DNA of 64,000 nucleotides. It comes from Chitinophaga pinensis (GTDB lineage Bacteria > Bacteroidota > Bacteroidia > UBA4408). How positions within the stretch are numbered: position 1 is the stretch's first letter; each line of letters opens with the position of its first letter. A model generated the notes under the pieces. That model saw only the letters and a program-made list of their open reading frames with translations. It did not search any database and was not told the DNA's origin. Below are positions 61,833-64,000 of the stretch, one piece after another. The DNA lies in NCBI GenBank assembly GCA_945872355.1, contig CAMBZU010000005.1:7151-71150 (forward strand), written 5' to 3'. The position numbers were made by a program, and so were the translations under genes.

Positions 61833-62864
61833 TTAAAAAGAAGAAGACATTTCGCCGCGCAAACTTTGTTGGAGGTATTTTTCGATTTCTTTTTTATCAT
61901 TTAAATTTCCAAAAAGATACATAAGCTTTGTGATGGCAGCTTCAAATGTAATATCGTTACCACCAATAACACCTGCTTTCAGCAAACCCTTGCTGGTTGC
62001 GTAACGCCCCTGATTAACTGAACCTTGATTACATTGTGTAACGTTTAAAATTGTGAGGTTTCTGGTTTTAATAGCTTCTTCAATTTCGTTGATAAACCAA
62101 TCTTGGGTAGGCCCATTGCCCGACCCAAAGGTTTCGATGATTAATGCTTTTAACCCTTTACTTTGTAATACGCTTTGCACAACTGCAGGAGTAATGCCTG
62201 GAAATAATTTAAGCACTCCAATATTGCCATCCATATTTAATCTAACTATTAAATCAGCATTAGATTTAGGCAACAACGAAGCATGATTATATTCTATTTT
62301 TATTCCAGCCTCGGCCAATATAGGGTAGTTTGGCGATTTAAAGGCATCAAAATGTTCGGCATTGTATTTATGCGTTCTGTTGCCGCGGTACAATTTATAT
62401 TCGAAATAGATGGCAACTTCGTTTATCACTGGCAAATTATTGTGTTTTGCACCAGCAATCTCAATGGCTGTAATGAGGTTTTCTTTACCATCAGTGCGAA
62501 TCATTCCAATTGGCAATTGCGAACCTGTTAGGATAACAGGCTTAGCTAAATTCTCGAGCATAAAACTTAATGCAGAAGCAGTATAAGCCATGGTATCGCT
62601 GCCATGTAAAATTACAAATCCATCGTATAAATGATAATTTTCTTGAATAATTGTGGCCATTTTTTGCCATGCATCAATGGTCATATCCGAAGAATCAATA
62701 GGGGCTTCGAATGAGTTAACCGATAATTCTAAGTCAAATTTTTCGAGCTCCGGTACTTGCTTATAAAGGTGTTCAAAATCAAATGGAATGAGCGTATTGC
62801 TTTTTAAGTCCATCACCATGCCAATGGTACCACCAGTATATATAATTAGGATTTTTGTTTTCAC
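61833..62864 (-). CDS. ansA: L-asparaginase, type I (cytoplasmic)
   Basis: 343 aa; IIYTGGTIGM and HGSDTMAYTASALSFML motifs. Confidence 0.9.
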   Translation of the reverse strand: MKTKILIIYTGGTIGMVMDLKSNTLIPFDFEHLYKQVPELEKFDLELSVNSFEAPIDSSDMTIDAWQKMATIIQENYHLYDGFVILHGSDTMAYTASALSFMLENLAKPVILTGSQLPIGMIRTDGKENLITAIEIAGAKHNNLPVINEVAIYFEYKLYRGNRTHKYNAEHFDAFKSPNYPILAEAGIKIEYNHASLLPKSNADLIVRLNMDGNIGVLKLFPGITPAVVQSVLQSKGLKALIIETFGSGNGPTQDWFINEIEEAIKTRNLTILNVTQCNQGSVNQGRYATSKGLLKAGVIGGNDITFEAAITKLMYLFGNLNDKKEIEKYLQQSLRGEMSSSF

Positions 62865-63649
62865 ACGCCAAAGATATGAATTGAATTTTGAGTGGTAATT
62901 TCAGCCACTTGAAGTAAGCTGCATTGTTTTAATTCGGCTAATTTTTCGGCCACATGACGCAAAAAAGCACTCTCATTTCTTTTACCTCTATGCGGCACAG
63001 GTGCCAGATAGGGCGCATCTGTTTCTAATACAATATGTTTTAAATCAATATCTTCAATAGCTTTATCTAAACCTGAATTTTTGTATGTTAAAACGCCTCC
63101 AATGCCTAAATAAAAACCATACTCAATGAGTTTTTTAGCTTCTTCATTATTACCTGAAAAGCAGTGAAAAATACCTTTAAAGAGTTTGTCTTTATACCCT
63201 GTTGTTGCCTTTAATTCTTCCAATATTGTAATAATTTCTTGCATTGCATTTCTGCAGTGTATGGCAATAGGTAAGTCGCGCTCTAATGCCCATAAACATT
63301 GTGTTTTAAACGCGATTTGCTGTTGTTCAAAAAAAGTTTTATCCCAATATAAATCTATCCCAATTTCACCAATGGCTACAAATGTTTGAATGTTCAATGC
63401 TTGTTCAATATTTTGCAATTGTTCATCAACATTTTCCTTAACCGAACATGGATGTAAGCCCATCATACCATAGCATTTATCGGGATAATCTTTCATCAAC
63501 TGCAACATTGGAATGATACTTTCTTCATCAATATTTGGGAGAAAAAAACGCTTCACACCAAGTTGAATGGCACGTTTTATCATTTCATTTCTATCTGCAT
63601 CAAATTCGGTGGCATACAGATGAGCGTGCGTATCAGTGAGTGTTATCAA
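62861..63649 (-). CDS. TatD-family metal-dependent hydrolase (DNase)
   Basis: 262 aa; DTHAHL N-terminal motif, conserved His/Asp/Glu metal ligands; start overlaps the ansA stop by 4 nt. Confidence 0.85.
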   Translation of the reverse strand: MITLTDTHAHLYATEFDADRNEMIKRAIQLGVKRFFLPNIDEESIIPMLQLMKDYPDKCYGMMGLHPCSVKENVDEQLQNIEQALNIQTFVAIGEIGIDLYWDKTFFEQQQIAFKTQCLWALERDLPIAIHCRNAMQEIITILEELKATTGYKDKLFKGIFHCFSGNNEEAKKLIEYGFYLGIGGVLTYKNSGLDKAIEDIDLKHIVLETDAPYLAPVPHRGKRNESAFLRHVAEKLAELKQCSLLQVAEITTQNSIHIFGV

Positions 63650-63766
63650 TTATAAAATTTTTGTGCAAAAGTAGGAAAATTATGAAAGTTTAAAGTGCGT
63701 AGGAATTTATTAATTGAATAGCTTATTTAAATTCAAAAATAGGGTACAAGAAACTTTCCTATTCTT

Positions 63767-64000
63767 GTTTGATAGTGGCAGCAAGCCCTGCATCTTCTAT
63801 TTTAGAAATATTTCTTGAGGCAATTAACGAGGCAATGAAACCAATCAGCAATACTGTCGCAAAAACAAACACAATATCTAAGGCAATAATTTTTACTGGA
63901 TAGGCATCAACAACAAAACTTCCACTGTTGCCAAGTCCAATGAGGCCAAATTTTTCTTGAATAAAACAAATAATTAAACCTGTTATGATACCGCCTAAAG
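63767..64000 (-). CDS. FtsX/LolE-like ABC permease, C-terminal fragment (gene continues beyond the window)
   Basis: Reverse-strand translation ..LGGIITGLIICFIQEKFGLIGLGNSGSFVVDAYPVKIIALDIVFVFATVLLIGFIASLIASRNISKIEDAGLAATIKQE* resembles the last TM helices of FtsX-family permeases. Confidence 0.55.

Noticed and set aside
1-64000. CRISPR arrays, tRNA/rRNA genes, transposases or integrases
   Set aside because: No short regularly spaced direct repeats, no cloverleaf-like GTTCGAATC T-loop contexts outside CDS, and no ORF with DDE, tyrosine-recombinase or serine-recombinase motifs were seen. The window appears free of these feature classes.

Overview
The window reads as a chromosomal segment from a low-GC (~34-35%) Bacteroidota genome. 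Two observations support that placement: three proteins carry Por/T9SS-type C-terminal sorting tails, and many genes sit close behind the Bacteroidetes-type TAnnTTTG -7 promoter motif. Coding density is high. Most genes are housekeeping: fabD, lon, dxs, wecB, aspartate kinase, rfbA, trhO, queA, alaS, era, aconitase, ansA and a TatD-family hydrolase. The rest are envelope or uptake functions: an exbB-exbD-exbD-tonB operon, a TonB-dependent receptor carrying heme-type FRAP/NPNL boxes, two ABC ATPases, a beta-propeller hybrid sensor kinase, a PhoD-like phosphatase and an M23 peptidase. I found no rRNA, tRNA, CRISPR array, transposase or integrase.

Five items stand out:
1. A 782-aa secreted protein with an unmistakable lysyl-oxidase (LOX) copper/LTQ catalytic domain and a T9SS tail. 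LOX is predominantly a metazoan family with only sporadic bacterial members.
2. A 1.5-kb almost non-coding islet holding a mazEF toxin-antitoxin pair. It is bracketed by an imperfect ~45-bp direct repeat and lies next to a 115-bp element closed by perfect 13-bp inverted repeats.
3. A zeta-toxin-like P-loop ATPase pseudogene inactivated by a perfect 13-bp tandem duplication plus at least two further lesions.
4. A paaB-paaC pair (phenylacetyl-CoA epoxidase beta and gamma subunits) with no adjacent paaA, paaD or paaE, followed by an ALDH7 (antiquitin)-type aldehyde dehydrogenase.
5. A cI/LexA-like XRE-HTH + S24 peptidase repressor with a small inverted repeat placed inside its own predicted promoter.

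Nothing in the window matches a known multi-gene defence or mobile system. The novelty claims here are modest and are marked as inference where appropriate.
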